A stretch of 58,103 nt of DNA, taken from Gemmatimonadota bacterium. GTDB taxonomy: Bacteria > Gemmatimonadota > Gemmatimonadetes > Gemmatimonadales > GWC2-71-9. Positions 45,585 to 54,530 of this stretch are shown here, in pieces. The notes below the pieces were generated by a model. That model was not told where the DNA came from. It ran no database searches and saw only the letters and a list, made by a program, of their open reading frames with translations. Location: assembly GCA_031431925.1 (NCBI GenBank), contig JANPEL010000298.1, positions 1 to 58,103 of the forward strand. The letters are read 5' to 3'. A program made the position numbers and the translations under genes. Position 1 is the stretch's first letter; each line of letters opens with the position of its first letter.

Positions 45585-46676
45585 ATGTACGTCTGGGAAT
45601 GCCGGGGCTGGCCAAAATTCCGCTGGTCCCTCGATTCGTTGCTCGAGCCGTTGGGATCGGCCCGCCTGAAGCAGGGCCGACTGCTGGGCACCATGATCCG
45701 CCTTGGCTTCGACCTCAAACTCGAGGCCCAACTCGCGTCCCTGACCGAGAACGTCCTCAAGAGCTCCGAGATCGAAGGTGAGGTTCTCGATGGCGCGACG
45801 GTCCGATCGTCGGTCGCCCGGCGGTTGGGCGTCGCCGAGGCCAGCGTCACCCCGGCTGACCGGCGGACCGAAGGGGTGGTCGAGATGATGCTTGACGCCA
45901 CCGAGCGGTACGACGTGCCGCTTACGGCGAAACGGTTGTTCGGGTGGCATGCGGCGCTGTTTCCGACCGGCTATGCCGGGGTCCGTCCGGTCCAGGCGGG
46001 CGCCTGGCGGAACGATGGCGACGGTCCGATGCAGGTGGTGTCTGGCCCGCTCGGGCGGGAGCGGGTTCACTACCAAGCCCCCCCGGCGCCGAAGGTGGCC
46101 GCCGAAATGGCCCGCTTCCTCGAGTGGTTCAATCGCCGGACCGAGCCCGAGGGTTTGCTTCGCGCCGGCCTGGCCCATTTGTGGTTCGTGACCATTCACC
46201 CGTTCGACGATGGGAATGGGCGGATCGCGCGGGCCATTGCCGATCAGGCCCTGGCCCAATCGGAAGGCTCATCCCAGCGGTTCTACAGCATGTCGAGCCA
46301 GATCCGGAAAGAGCGGACCCACTACTATGACTTGTTGGAGCGGACCCAGCAGGCCGGCCTCGACATCACCGAGTGGTTGCGTTGGTTTCTCGAATGCTTG
46401 TCGCGCGCCATCGACGGGGCCGATGCGGTCTCGGCCACCGTGCTCGCCAAGGCGGATTTCTGGCAGCGCTCGGCCCGGGAGCCGTTCACGCCCCGGCAGA
46501 AGCTGGTCTTGAACCGGTTTCTGGACGGGTTCGAGGGCAGCCTGACGGCCAAGAAATGGTCGGTGATCGGCAAGTGCTCGGTGCCGACGGCGCAGCGGGA
46601 TCTCAACGACTTGGTTGAGCGCGCCATTCTGCGACGGAACCCTGGCGGGAGTAAGAACACGAGTTACAGTCTCTAA
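45585..46676 (+). CDS. Fic-family protein (AMPylase-type), class II with N-terminal inhibitory motif
   Basis: 363 aa. Canonical HPFDDGNGRIAR = HxFx(D/E)GNGRxxR. N-terminal S-S-E-I-E-G fits (S/T)xxxE(G/N). C-terminal wHTH-like region. Confidence 0.9.
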   Translation: MYVWECRGWPKFRWSLDSLLEPLGSARLKQGRLLGTMIRLGFDLKLEAQLASLTENVLKSSEIEGEVLDGATVRSSVARRLGVAEASVTPADRRTEGVVEMMLDATERYDVPLTAKRLFGWHAALFPTGYAGVRPVQAGAWRNDGDGPMQVVSGPLGRERVHYQAPPAPKVAAEMARFLEWFNRRTEPEGLLRAGLAHLWFVTIHPFDDGNGRIARAIADQALAQSEGSSQRFYSMSSQIRKERTHYYDLLERTQQAGLDITEWLRWFLECLSRAIDGADAVSATVLAKADFWQRSAREPFTPRQKLVLNRFLDGFEGSLTAKKWSVIGKCSVPTAQRDLNDLVERAILRRNPGGSKNTSYSL

Positions 46677-46685
46677 CAGCCGGAG

Positions 46686-47171
46686 GTGACTCTGTTGCCT
46701 GATGTTCAATCGCCATCCGCTCCAACCGCCGGGATCCGAATTCCCCCGCCGATCGTCTACGCGGTTCCGCTCGCGGTCGGCCTGCTGATCCACCATTGGC
46801 ACCCGATCCGGATTCTCCCGATTGGCCTGGGCGCGCCGGTCGGGATCGGGGCTTTGCTGCTCGGGATGGTCCTGTTTCCCGCGGTGCAGAGTTTCCGGCG
46901 CGCTAAGACCAGTCCCAAGCCTTGGAAGCCGACTACCGCCCTCGTCACCGACGGCCCCTATCGAATCACCAGGAATCCGATGTACCTGGGGTTCACCTTG
47001 CTCTATCTGGGGACCTCCTTCTGGGTCAACTCGGCTTGGCCGGTCTTCTTCCTACCGCTCGTTCTCGTCGTCATGCAGCGGGCGGTCATTGCCCGGGAGG
47101 AGGCTTACCTCGAAACCCTGTTTGGCGACGACTACCGCACCTACCGGGGCCGGGTCCGGCGATGGCTCTGA
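46686..47171 (+). CDS. Isoprenylcysteine carboxyl methyltransferase (ICMT)/phospholipid methyltransferase-family membrane protein
   Basis: 161 aa with GTG start; an in-frame TTG at 46695 has better spacing from the GGAGG. Motifs: LVTDGPYRITRNPMYLG and EEAYLE..FG..Y..Y. Confidence 0.8.
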   Translation: MTLLPDVQSPSAPTAGIRIPPPIVYAVPLAVGLLIHHWHPIRILPIGLGAPVGIGALLLGMVLFPAVQSFRRAKTSPKPWKPTTALVTDGPYRITRNPMYLGFTLLYLGTSFWVNSAWPVFFLPLVLVVMQRAVIAREEAYLETLFGDDYRTYRGRVRRWL

Positions 47172-47221
47172 CGCCCGACAAACACTACCTTCGATCCACT
47201 CCAGATCCCAACGAGGCCCTG

Positions 47222-48661
47222 ATGTTCCTCAGTACTGCGACGTACCGCGCCGCGGCGATCACCGTCATTAGCGCGCTTCAACTCTCCGCCCAGGCGCGGC
47301 CTGGCGCGGCCACCCATCCCGATGTCCTCGGCGCCGAGCGGTTGTTTTCGGCTTGGATGGAAGGGCAGATCGCTTACCGCGGACTGCCGGGCATCGTCGT
47401 CGGCGTCGTGGCGGATCAAGAGCTGGTCTGGACCGCCGGATTCGGCTTTGCCGACACCCAGGCCAAGCTGCCGATGACGGCCACCACCAAGTTTCGGATG
47501 GCCTCTCACAGCAAGCTCTTCACGGCCACCGCGATCATGCAGCTCCGCGAGCAGGGCAAGCTCGGGCTCCATGATCCGGTCGCCAAGTATTTGCCGTGGT
47601 TCCAGGTCAAACCGGCCGATCCGGGCGACCCGCCGATCACGATCGAGGAGCTGCTGACCCATAGCTCCGGGCTCCCGCGCGAGGCGGGGCCGCACTGGAC
47701 CACCTACGAGTTCCCGACCCAGGACGAGCTCCGGAGGTTGATCACCGAGCGGCAGGCCGCGTTCTCGCCTGAGGTCCGTTGGAAATACTCGAACCTCGCG
47801 TACTCGCTGGCGGGGATGATCGTCGAAACCGTGAGCGGGGAGAAATGGGCCGACTACGTCCAGAAGCACATCTACGAACCGTTAGGAATGACCGCGTCGA
47901 GCGTCGATCGGAATGCCCCCGGGTTGGCTGTGGGCTATGGCCGCCGGATGCCGGACGGATCCCGGGTGGTGATGCCGTTCGTCGACGCCCGTGGAATGGC
48001 GTCGGCCACCGGGATCACCTCGACGGTCGAAGATATGGCCAAGTTCGTCTCGGCCCAGTTCCGCAAAGGACCGATGGGTGGCCGGCAGATCGTTGGCACG
48101 GGGTCGCTTCGGGAGATGCACCGGGTCCGCATGCTCGAGACCAACTGGACCCAGGGGAATGCCATTGGCTTCGCGGTCAACCGGATCCGGGACAAGACCT
48201 ACGTCGGCCACGGGGGCGGGTACCCGGGCTATACGACCCAGACCCTGATTCAACTCGACAGCCGGGTGGGGGTGATCGTGCTGACCAATACCAACGACTC
48301 GAATCCGTTCGACATCGCCACCCAGTTGATGAGCACAGTGGGCGAGGCGGTTGCGAAGGCGACGGCCACCGAGCCGAAAGTCGTGGCCTGGGATCCGTCG
48401 TGGGCCCGGTTTGCGGGATTCTACAGCGGGCGCGGGGGCGATTCCCAGGTGGTGCTTCTCAACGAGCGCCTGGTGATCATCACCCCCAACGGCGCGAACG
48501 TCGACAATCCGATCCGGCTCGAGCCGCTCGGGAACGGGCTGTTCCGGTATGTCGCTCCGGTTGGGGGCGGGCCGGTCGGCGAGGTGGTGCGGTTCGTCGA
48601 GGAGGGCGGCCGGGTGGTCCGGATGATTACCGGCGACTCGTACGTGGATCGGGTCCGATGA
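47222..48661 (+). CDS. Serine hydrolase, beta-lactamase/transpeptidase-like (class C/D-aminopeptidase type)
   Basis: 479 aa from ATG at 47222. S-x-x-K motif in FRMASHSKLFTA. Signal-like N-terminus. Confidence 0.85.
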   Translation: MFLSTATYRAAAITVISALQLSAQARPGAATHPDVLGAERLFSAWMEGQIAYRGLPGIVVGVVADQELVWTAGFGFADTQAKLPMTATTKFRMASHSKLFTATAIMQLREQGKLGLHDPVAKYLPWFQVKPADPGDPPITIEELLTHSSGLPREAGPHWTTYEFPTQDELRRLITERQAAFSPEVRWKYSNLAYSLAGMIVETVSGEKWADYVQKHIYEPLGMTASSVDRNAPGLAVGYGRRMPDGSRVVMPFVDARGMASATGITSTVEDMAKFVSAQFRKGPMGGRQIVGTGSLREMHRVRMLETNWTQGNAIGFAVNRIRDKTYVGHGGGYPGYTTQTLIQLDSRVGVIVLTNTNDSNPFDIATQLMSTVGEAVAKATATEPKVVAWDPSWARFAGFYSGRGGDSQVVLLNERLVIITPNGANVDNPIRLEPLGNGLFRYVAPVGGGPVGEVVRFVEEGGRVVRMITGDSYVDRVR

Positions 48662-49635
48662 GGAGCGCCAGCGCCCTGGCCCTCGCGGGCCTGCTCGCCG
48701 GGGTCGGCGGATGTGCGGAGAAGCCGATTCCCGCCGTCGTCGATGCCGACGCGAAGCCGAAGGTCACGCCGGGCTGGCAGTGGTCGATCGACAGCGTCCG
48801 GAAGGTGGTCGGTGCGGTTCGGGCAGGGAAGAGTCTCAAACCGAAGGTTTGGCCTAACGGCGCCAAAGTGGCCGTGTTGCTCTCGTTCGACGTCGACAAC
48901 GAAACGATCCCGATCCGGTTCGGCGAGCCCACGGTCGGCGCCTTGTCGCAGGCCCAGTACGGCGCCCGGGTCGGACTCGGGCGGATTCTCGGGCTGCTCG
49001 ACCGGAACGCGATCCCCGCCACGTTCTTCATTCCGGCCGTGAGCTTGATGATTACCCCGGAAATGGTGGGCCAGATCCAGCAGGCCGGGGTCCACGAGTT
49101 CGCCGTGCACGGGTGGATCCACGAGCTCAATACCACCTTGCCGGGTGACATCGAGAAGGAACTCGTCCAGCGGGCCGTCGATACCCTCACCAAGATGACC
49201 GGCACCAAGCCGGTGGGCTATCGGGCGCCCTCGTGGAATATGAGCCCCAATACGATGCGGATCGTCCAGGAACTGGGCTTCTTGTATGAAAGCTCGTTGA
49301 TGGCCGACGACGTGCCCTACGAGTTGGTGGCGGACGGGAAGCCGACCGGCGTCGTGGAGTTGCCGGTCGAGTGGATCAAGGACGACGCCCCGCTCTACGA
49401 TCCCCGTGGCAACGCCTACAGCCCGCCCCGTGACGTGGCCCAAGTGTGGATCGACGAGTTCGACCGGGCCTATGACGAGGGCGGGATGTTTCTGCTCACC
49501 ATGCATCCGCATATCAGCGGCCATGGGTCGCGGATGGTGGCGCTCGAGCTGTTGGTGGCGCATGTCAAGAAGCGGACTGGGGTCTGGTTTGGAACCCACC
49601 GGGCCGCCGCCGAGTGGGTGAAGGCGCCGCACTGA
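48658..49635 (+). CDS. Polysaccharide deacetylase (NodB-homology) lipoprotein
   Basis: 325 aa from ATG at 48658 (ATGA overlap). Lipobox LLAGVGGC. Motifs: LLSFDVDNE, HGWIHE, YRAPSW. Confidence 0.85.
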   Translation: MRSASALALAGLLAGVGGCAEKPIPAVVDADAKPKVTPGWQWSIDSVRKVVGAVRAGKSLKPKVWPNGAKVAVLLSFDVDNETIPIRFGEPTVGALSQAQYGARVGLGRILGLLDRNAIPATFFIPAVSLMITPEMVGQIQQAGVHEFAVHGWIHELNTTLPGDIEKELVQRAVDTLTKMTGTKPVGYRAPSWNMSPNTMRIVQELGFLYESSLMADDVPYELVADGKPTGVVELPVEWIKDDAPLYDPRGNAYSPPRDVAQVWIDEFDRAYDEGGMFLLTMHPHISGHGSRMVALELLVAHVKKRTGVWFGTHRAAAEWVKAPH

Positions 49636-50168
49636 CCCTGCCGGCCGGACGCCGTCATCCTGGTTTGGAACGGATGGATCGAAGCCGTCGGCGACCGGGC
49701 CACGACTCCGATTCCTCGCGGTACCCGGGTCGTCGATCTCCGCGGCCGATTCGTCACCCCGGGCTTCGTCGACCTGCATTCGCACATCGCGATCGGGGCT
49801 TGGGCATTCGACACGGTCCAGGGTCGCCCGACGCTTCGGTATGACTATGATGTGGCCGCGACGAGGGAGCTGGCTCGAACCCAATTGGCGTTCGGGGTCA
49901 CCACGGAATTCCGGCCGGTCCGACAGCCACCGCAGTGCGGATCAGGAATCGGATCAGGCTCATCAGGATGGCAACCCGGAACGCGGCCGTCGCGTTAGGC
50001 AGCCCCTCGGAGTTCGGCACGGTCGAACCGGGCAAACGGGCGGATCTGGTGGTTCTCAGCGCCGACCCCCTCGCGGACATTGGCAATGCCCGGCGGATCG
50101 AGTGGGTGGTCCGGAGCGGCCGGATGAGCAAGCCGGGAGGGTTTCTCCCGGCTCGCCCGCGGCCTTAA
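49636..50168 (+). pseudogene. Amidohydrolase-family relic: N-terminally truncated, with a large internal deletion and a frame change
   Basis: Own translation directly after the deacetylase stop, in the same frame: ...DAVILVWNGWIEAVGDRATTPIPRGTRVVDLRGRFVTPGFVDLHSHI...LAFGVTT (to about 49905). A different frame (track ORF 49935..50168) then gives the family C-terminus ATRNAAVALG...GTVEPGKRADLVVLSADPL. About 250 aa of catalytic core is missing between the two pieces. Confidence 0.55.
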
Positions 50169-50713
50169 AGATCGTCATCCTCGCCCTTTTCCCTGCCGCC
50201 TTTGAGGGTTCGGGCCCCCGACCCATTCTCGGCTGGGCGGTCGCCGCCGATGGTGCCCGCTTGGCCGACGTACGCCGAGGCCGCCCCATGCCGGTACACG
50301 AGCTCACCACCGCTGTGGCCGACCTGATACCCGGCCACCATGAGTCCCGCCGCCGCGAACACAGTAACAACGCGGGCCGCCGACCCCGCCTGACTCCGGA
50401 GCAGCCCGACCGCCACCAGCCCGGCCATCGCAACGGACAGCAGCAGGAACCGCTCAGCAGCGTCGGCGTGGGTATCGATGGCTTGCTCCGACACCACCCT
50501 CTCGACCTGCTCCTCCTGGCCTTCGCCGGTTTCGACCGCGATCCAGGCCGAGAGAGTCAAGGCCACCGAAAACGCCGTCGGCACCAGCCAGGCCCGGGTG
50601 GGTTGGGCCCCCCGCCGGATGGCCCAAAGCGCCACCACGGCCGAAATCGGCAACAATACCATCAGGACAATCGGGAAATGGACTAACGCGGGGTGGAGCG
50701 GGTTCGGCAGCAT
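50165..50713 (-). CDS. DUF2231-family integral membrane protein
   Basis: 182 aa. N-terminal HPALVHFPIVL signature and 4 predicted TM helices. Confidence 0.7.
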   Translation of the reverse strand: MLPNPLHPALVHFPIVLMVLLPISAVVALWAIRRGAQPTRAWLVPTAFSVALTLSAWIAVETGEGQEEQVERVVSEQAIDTHADAAERFLLLSVAMAGLVAVGLLRSQAGSAARVVTVFAAAGLMVAGYQVGHSGGELVYRHGAASAYVGQAGTIGGDRPAENGSGARTLKGGREKGEDDDL

Positions 50714-50856
50714 TTGGAGCCTCCTCGAGAAAGTTGGCGTTCGGCTGACCTCGCTGCCACGTTAGGGGCCGGGCCCGGAGCCCACAATCCGACATCTGCC
50801 ATAACCGGCCGATCAGGACAGATTTCCGAGGTATCCGACACTTGCCGGAGGCAGGA

Positions 50857-51420
50857 ATGACCGAAAACGACGCCGCGAATCCGCTCGACCGCCCGTTGGT
50901 GGCGATGTTGGTCGTCATTGGCGTGGGCGGGGCCGTCGATCTGATCCTGGACGCGCCCGCCAATTGGCGTTCGGCGCATGTGGCCTATGAAGTCTTCCTT
51001 ATCGTGGGAGCTCTTGCGACTGCCGGCTGGCTCTGGCGCCGCTGGCGGCGCGCCGAGCGGGACACGGTGCGGCTCGAGGGTCTGGTGGCCGAGCGTCAGG
51101 CGGAACGAGACGGGTGGCGCCGGAACGCCGAAGAGGCGCTAGCCGGGCTCGCGGTGGCGATCGACCGGCAACTCGATGCCTGGCGGCTGACCCCGGCGGA
51201 GCGCGAGGTCGTCGTCGCCCTACTCAAGGGGAAAAGTCACAAGGAAATCGCCGCGGTGAGCGGCCGGAGCGAACGAACGGTACGTCAGCATGCGGCCGCC
51301 GCCTATGAAAAAGCCGGTCTCGGCGGGCGGGCGGAACTGGCGGCGTTCTTCTTGAGAGACCTCCCGTTGACGGCAAGCCCGGCATCTCCAGCCGAGGGGC
51401 CGCCCCGGTCCCTTCGTTAG
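50857..51420 (+). CDS. Membrane-anchored LuxR/GerE-family HTH transcriptional regulator
   Basis: 187 aa from ATG at 50857, with GGAGG 5 nt upstream; the track start is an upstream TTG. Two N-terminal TM helices and a coiled-coil-like linker. C-terminal LTPAEREVVVALLKGKSHKEIAAVSGRSERTVRQH. Confidence 0.8.
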   Translation: MTENDAANPLDRPLVAMLVVIGVGGAVDLILDAPANWRSAHVAYEVFLIVGALATAGWLWRRWRRAERDTVRLEGLVAERQAERDGWRRNAEEALAGLAVAIDRQLDAWRLTPAEREVVVALLKGKSHKEIAAVSGRSERTVRQHAAAAYEKAGLGGRAELAAFFLRDLPLTASPASPAEGPPRSLR

Positions 51421-51908
51421 GACGGGTTCGCGGCCGCGACCTCAGCCTGCTGCCGGCGGCTCAGGGCCCATGCCAGATACCCTACGATGCCAAGATTGGC
51501 GATGAGTGCGAGTGCCGGCCCACCGCTCAGTCCTCGGCGTAAGGCGACGAGTTCGAACGGGACATAGATGAGCCCGGTGATGACGCCGAGCCACTCGGCC
51601 CACCGTTTTTGGTGCCAGAGGCCGGCCGCCTCGGTGATCCGGATGATGGCATAGATCAGGGCCCCCAGCGCGATCAAGAGGAGCCGCCCCGGGGTAGCGC
51701 CCCCGGCGATCTGGAGAAAGATCCGAGGGTAGTGATGGGCCGGATTGAGGTGGAGATGCGCAAGCAACCGCTCGGCGAGTGCCTCGACGTCCCGGTTGAT
51801 CAGGAGCAAGAGGCCCGACCCGGCCGCGAGCACGAGAAGCCCCTTTGCGGCCTCAAGGAGGGCGACGGCTCGGAGCCCAAATCCGGGGCGATCGAAGGCG
51901 AGGGGCAC
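51417..51908 (-). CDS. DUF2127-family membrane protein
   Basis: 163 aa, 4 TM. N-terminal LRAVALLEAAKGLLVLAAGSGLL pattern is typical of DUF2127. Confidence 0.65.
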   Translation of the reverse strand: MPLAFDRPGFGLRAVALLEAAKGLLVLAAGSGLLLLINRDVEALAERLLAHLHLNPAHHYPRIFLQIAGGATPGRLLLIALGALIYAIIRITEAAGLWHQKRWAEWLGVITGLIYVPFELVALRRGLSGGPALALIANLGIVGYLAWALSRRQQAEVAAANPS

Positions 51909-51914
51909 GCCTGA

Positions 51915-53192
51915 TCAGCGAGTAGTGCCGGTCAGCCGGTTGTACCGGGCTAGGATGGCCCGGACCTGGTCGTGGGGAATGGCCCACCCCCGCCGGTAGT
52001 CGGCCCCGTCCATCGTCTCGGCCGCCATCATGGCGTTCAAGATCGCCTCTTCGGTGGCCTCGACGGTCGCCGTGAAGACCGGGTCCATCAGGCCGGACCC
52101 AATCCGCTGCATCGTCGGCGCCGGCAAGGTCGAGCGGCCGCTATTGCCCCAGTCGATGCCCCGATTGGCCGTCGAAAAAGCGATGAAGATGTCGCCCGAG
52201 CCGTTGCCGTTGTTGGACCCCATCCGCCCCATGCCTAACGCCACCCGCCGGACCACCCGCTTGAGCTGATCCGGAGAGAGTGGCGCATCGGTCGCGACCG
52301 CGATGATGATCGACCCCTGTTCGGGTTCTTCGGCCGGTTGATCCGAGGGCGCCGGACCCGAGGCGCAGACCGGGAACGGCTTGCCGTCGAAGGCCATGAC
52401 CGGGGGGTCGATGCGTTGGGCCACGCAGGGGTCGACGCCCGTCACTTCCCGGCCCACCGGAATCCCGGCGATCCGGAGTTGGGTCCGGGTGCCGTAGTTG
52501 CACTGGACCAGGACCCCGACCATGAAACCGCCGTCGCCGGCGGCCAACTTCCGCGAGGAGGTTCCAGTGCCGCCCTTGAAACCGTGGCAGCTCATCCCGG
52601 TGCCGCCCCCGACGTTCCCCTCGGTGACCGGCCCGGCCTTCGCGTTCTCGAGGGCCTGAAAGGCGTGCTCGGCCTTCACGTGCAGGCCCTTCATGTCGTT
52701 CAATCCGCCGTCGGACGTTTCCGCGACGACCGGATACCAGAACGGGCCGGGGGCGTTCCGTTTGACCATCCAGTCGACCACCGCGTCACGGACCGTGCCG
52801 ACGCTCAAGGTGTTGGTGATCATGATCGGGGTCTCGAGGACCCCGACCTCATCGATCCAATGGGTGCCGGTCATGTCGCCGTTGCCATTGCCGGCATAGA
52901 ACGCGGCGAACACCGGTTCGAGGGTGGCTTTGCCCCGGGGAAGGATCGCGGTCACCCCGGTGCGAACCGGCCCTTGGCCGATGACGCGTTTTCCGCTGCC
53001 CTTGATCAGGGTGACAAAGCCGACCTCGACCCCGGCCACATCGGTGATCGCATTGAGCGGACCGGGCGTCCCGTCGAGCGGAATGCCGAGATCGCGGGCG
53101 CGGGATTTCGGTTGCGCGTGGATCGTGAGAGGCGCGGCGAGTGCCGCGATCGCAGACAGGGCGGCGACGAGCCGGAGGGCGGGGCGGGTCAT
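51915..53192 (-). CDS. Secreted P1/S58-family peptidase (DmpA-like L-aminopeptidase/D-esterase)
   Basis: 425 aa with a signal peptide. NAITDVAGVEVG, TGVTAIL and the GGTG...GGTGT segments are typical of the DmpA/BapA family. Confidence 0.8.
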   Translation of the reverse strand: MTRPALRLVAALSAIAALAAPLTIHAQPKSRARDLGIPLDGTPGPLNAITDVAGVEVGFVTLIKGSGKRVIGQGPVRTGVTAILPRGKATLEPVFAAFYAGNGNGDMTGTHWIDEVGVLETPIMITNTLSVGTVRDAVVDWMVKRNAPGPFWYPVVAETSDGGLNDMKGLHVKAEHAFQALENAKAGPVTEGNVGGGTGMSCHGFKGGTGTSSRKLAAGDGGFMVGVLVQCNYGTRTQLRIAGIPVGREVTGVDPCVAQRIDPPVMAFDGKPFPVCASGPAPSDQPAEEPEQGSIIIAVATDAPLSPDQLKRVVRRVALGMGRMGSNNGNGSGDIFIAFSTANRGIDWGNSGRSTLPAPTMQRIGSGLMDPVFTATVEATEEAILNAMMAAETMDGADYRRGWAIPHDQVRAILARYNRLTGTTR

Positions 53193-53207
53193 GTCAGGGC
53201 TCCTGGG

Positions 53208-54431
53208 TCAGGTGGTACGACCAACGGTTTTGTGGAGACTGCTGCGCGCCATCAGGGCGCCGACCAAGGTCAGGACCCCGCCCAGCACGAGCGCGGCACC
53301 GGGAAAATAGAAGGGGGCCCGGGGTCCGGTGAACCACGAAAACGTGTTGGCCATGAGGGGCGGTCCGACAATCGACGTCAGACTCATCAGGCTGGTGAGC
53401 GCGCCCTGCAACTCGCCCTGCTCGTTCGGCGGTACTTGACCGGAGATCAGCCCTTGGATGGCCGGCCCGGCAATCCCGCCGAGGCAGTACACCACGGTGA
53501 AGGCGAACATCATCCAGGTCGCCGTGGCGGCGGCGTAGAGGAAGAAGCCGAGGCTGTACACGCCGAGCCCCAAGTAGACGCTCCGGACCTGGCCCAATTT
53601 CGGGATGATCACCCGGATCAGTCCTCCTTGGACGATCCCGACCGCGAGTCCCACCATCGCAATCGAAAGCCCGACCATTCGTTCATTCCACTGGAACTTC
53701 TCGATCGTGTAGAACGACCAATTGCTTTGGACCGCGTGGGCGGCGATCTGGAGCAGGACCAGCGAGCCGACCAGGCCCAGGATGACCGGGTATTTCCGGA
53801 GGTTCTTCAGCGACACCAGCGAGTTGGCCCGCTTCCAGTCGAACGGGCGGCGGTGTTCCTGCCCCAGCGACTCGGGAAGGACGAAATAGCCGTAGAGCCA
53901 GTTGACGAGCGTCAGGACGGCCGAGGCGATGAAGGGGAGTCGGGCGCCATAGGGTCCGAGCAGTCCGCCGATCAAGGGGCCCAGGATGAACCCCATGCCG
54001 AACACCGCGCCGATCATCCCGAAGTTCTGGGCCCGCTTCTCGGGCGGCGAGACGTCGGCGATGTAGGCGGAGGCCGTGGTGAAGGACGCCCCCATGATGC
54101 CGGCAATGATCCGGCTCAGGAAGAGCCACCAGATTGTTGGGGCCACGGCCATGAAGATGTAGTCGAGCCCGAAACCGAACAACGACGCGAGGAGTACCGG
54201 CCGGCGACCGAACCGGTCACTCAAGCCACCCATGATCGGGGCAAAGAGGAACTGCATCGCCGCATACGAAAACGTCATCCAGCCGCCCCACCGGGCCGCG
54301 TCGCTCAGGGTGCCGTTGGTCAGGTGGGTGATCAGTTTCGGCATGACGGGGATGATGATCCCGAGCCCCGTCACGTCGATCAATAACGTGATCAGAATGA
54401 AGCCAAGGGCTGGCGTCCGGGTGGACGACAT
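53208..54431 (-). CDS. MFS transporter, TetA-like (TCR/Tet family) efflux pump
   Basis: 407 aa, 12 TM. The [14 protein letters not shown] motif (MFS motif A) and N-terminal [17 protein letters not shown] are typical of the Tet class. Confidence 0.85.
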   Translation of the reverse strand: MSSTRTPALGFILITLLIDVTGLGIIIPVMPKLITHLTNGTLSDAARWGGWMTFSYAAMQFLFAPIMGGLSDRFGRRPVLLASLFGFGLDYIFMAVAPTIWWLFLSRIIAGIMGASFTTASAYIADVSPPEKRAQNFGMIGAVFGMGFILGPLIGGLLGPYGARLPFIASAVLTLVNWLYGYFVLPESLGQEHRRPFDWKRANSLVSLKNLRKYPVILGLVGSLVLLQIAAHAVQSNWSFYTIEKFQWNERMVGLSIAMVGLAVGIVQGGLIRVIIPKLGQVRSVYLGLGVYSLGFFLYAAATATWMMFAFTVVYCLGGIAGPAIQGLISGQVPPNEQGELQGALTSLMSLTSIVGPPLMANTFSWFTGPRAPFYFPGAALVLGGVLTLVGALMARSSLHKTVGRTT

Positions 54432-54530
54432 GGCAGAGTCTCTCGAATGGGGGGCGGCCGGCGCGAATAATAGACGGAATCCGCCCGGACGCTACGCCAC
54501 CGAGTAAGAACGGCGGTAGATTCAACGACC

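Noticed and set aside
49841-50686. 281-aa plus-strand ORF
   Set aside because: It is low-complexity and Arg/Gly/Pro-rich. It overlaps the amidohydrolase relic and runs antisense to the well-formed DUF2231 membrane protein gene (50165..50713).
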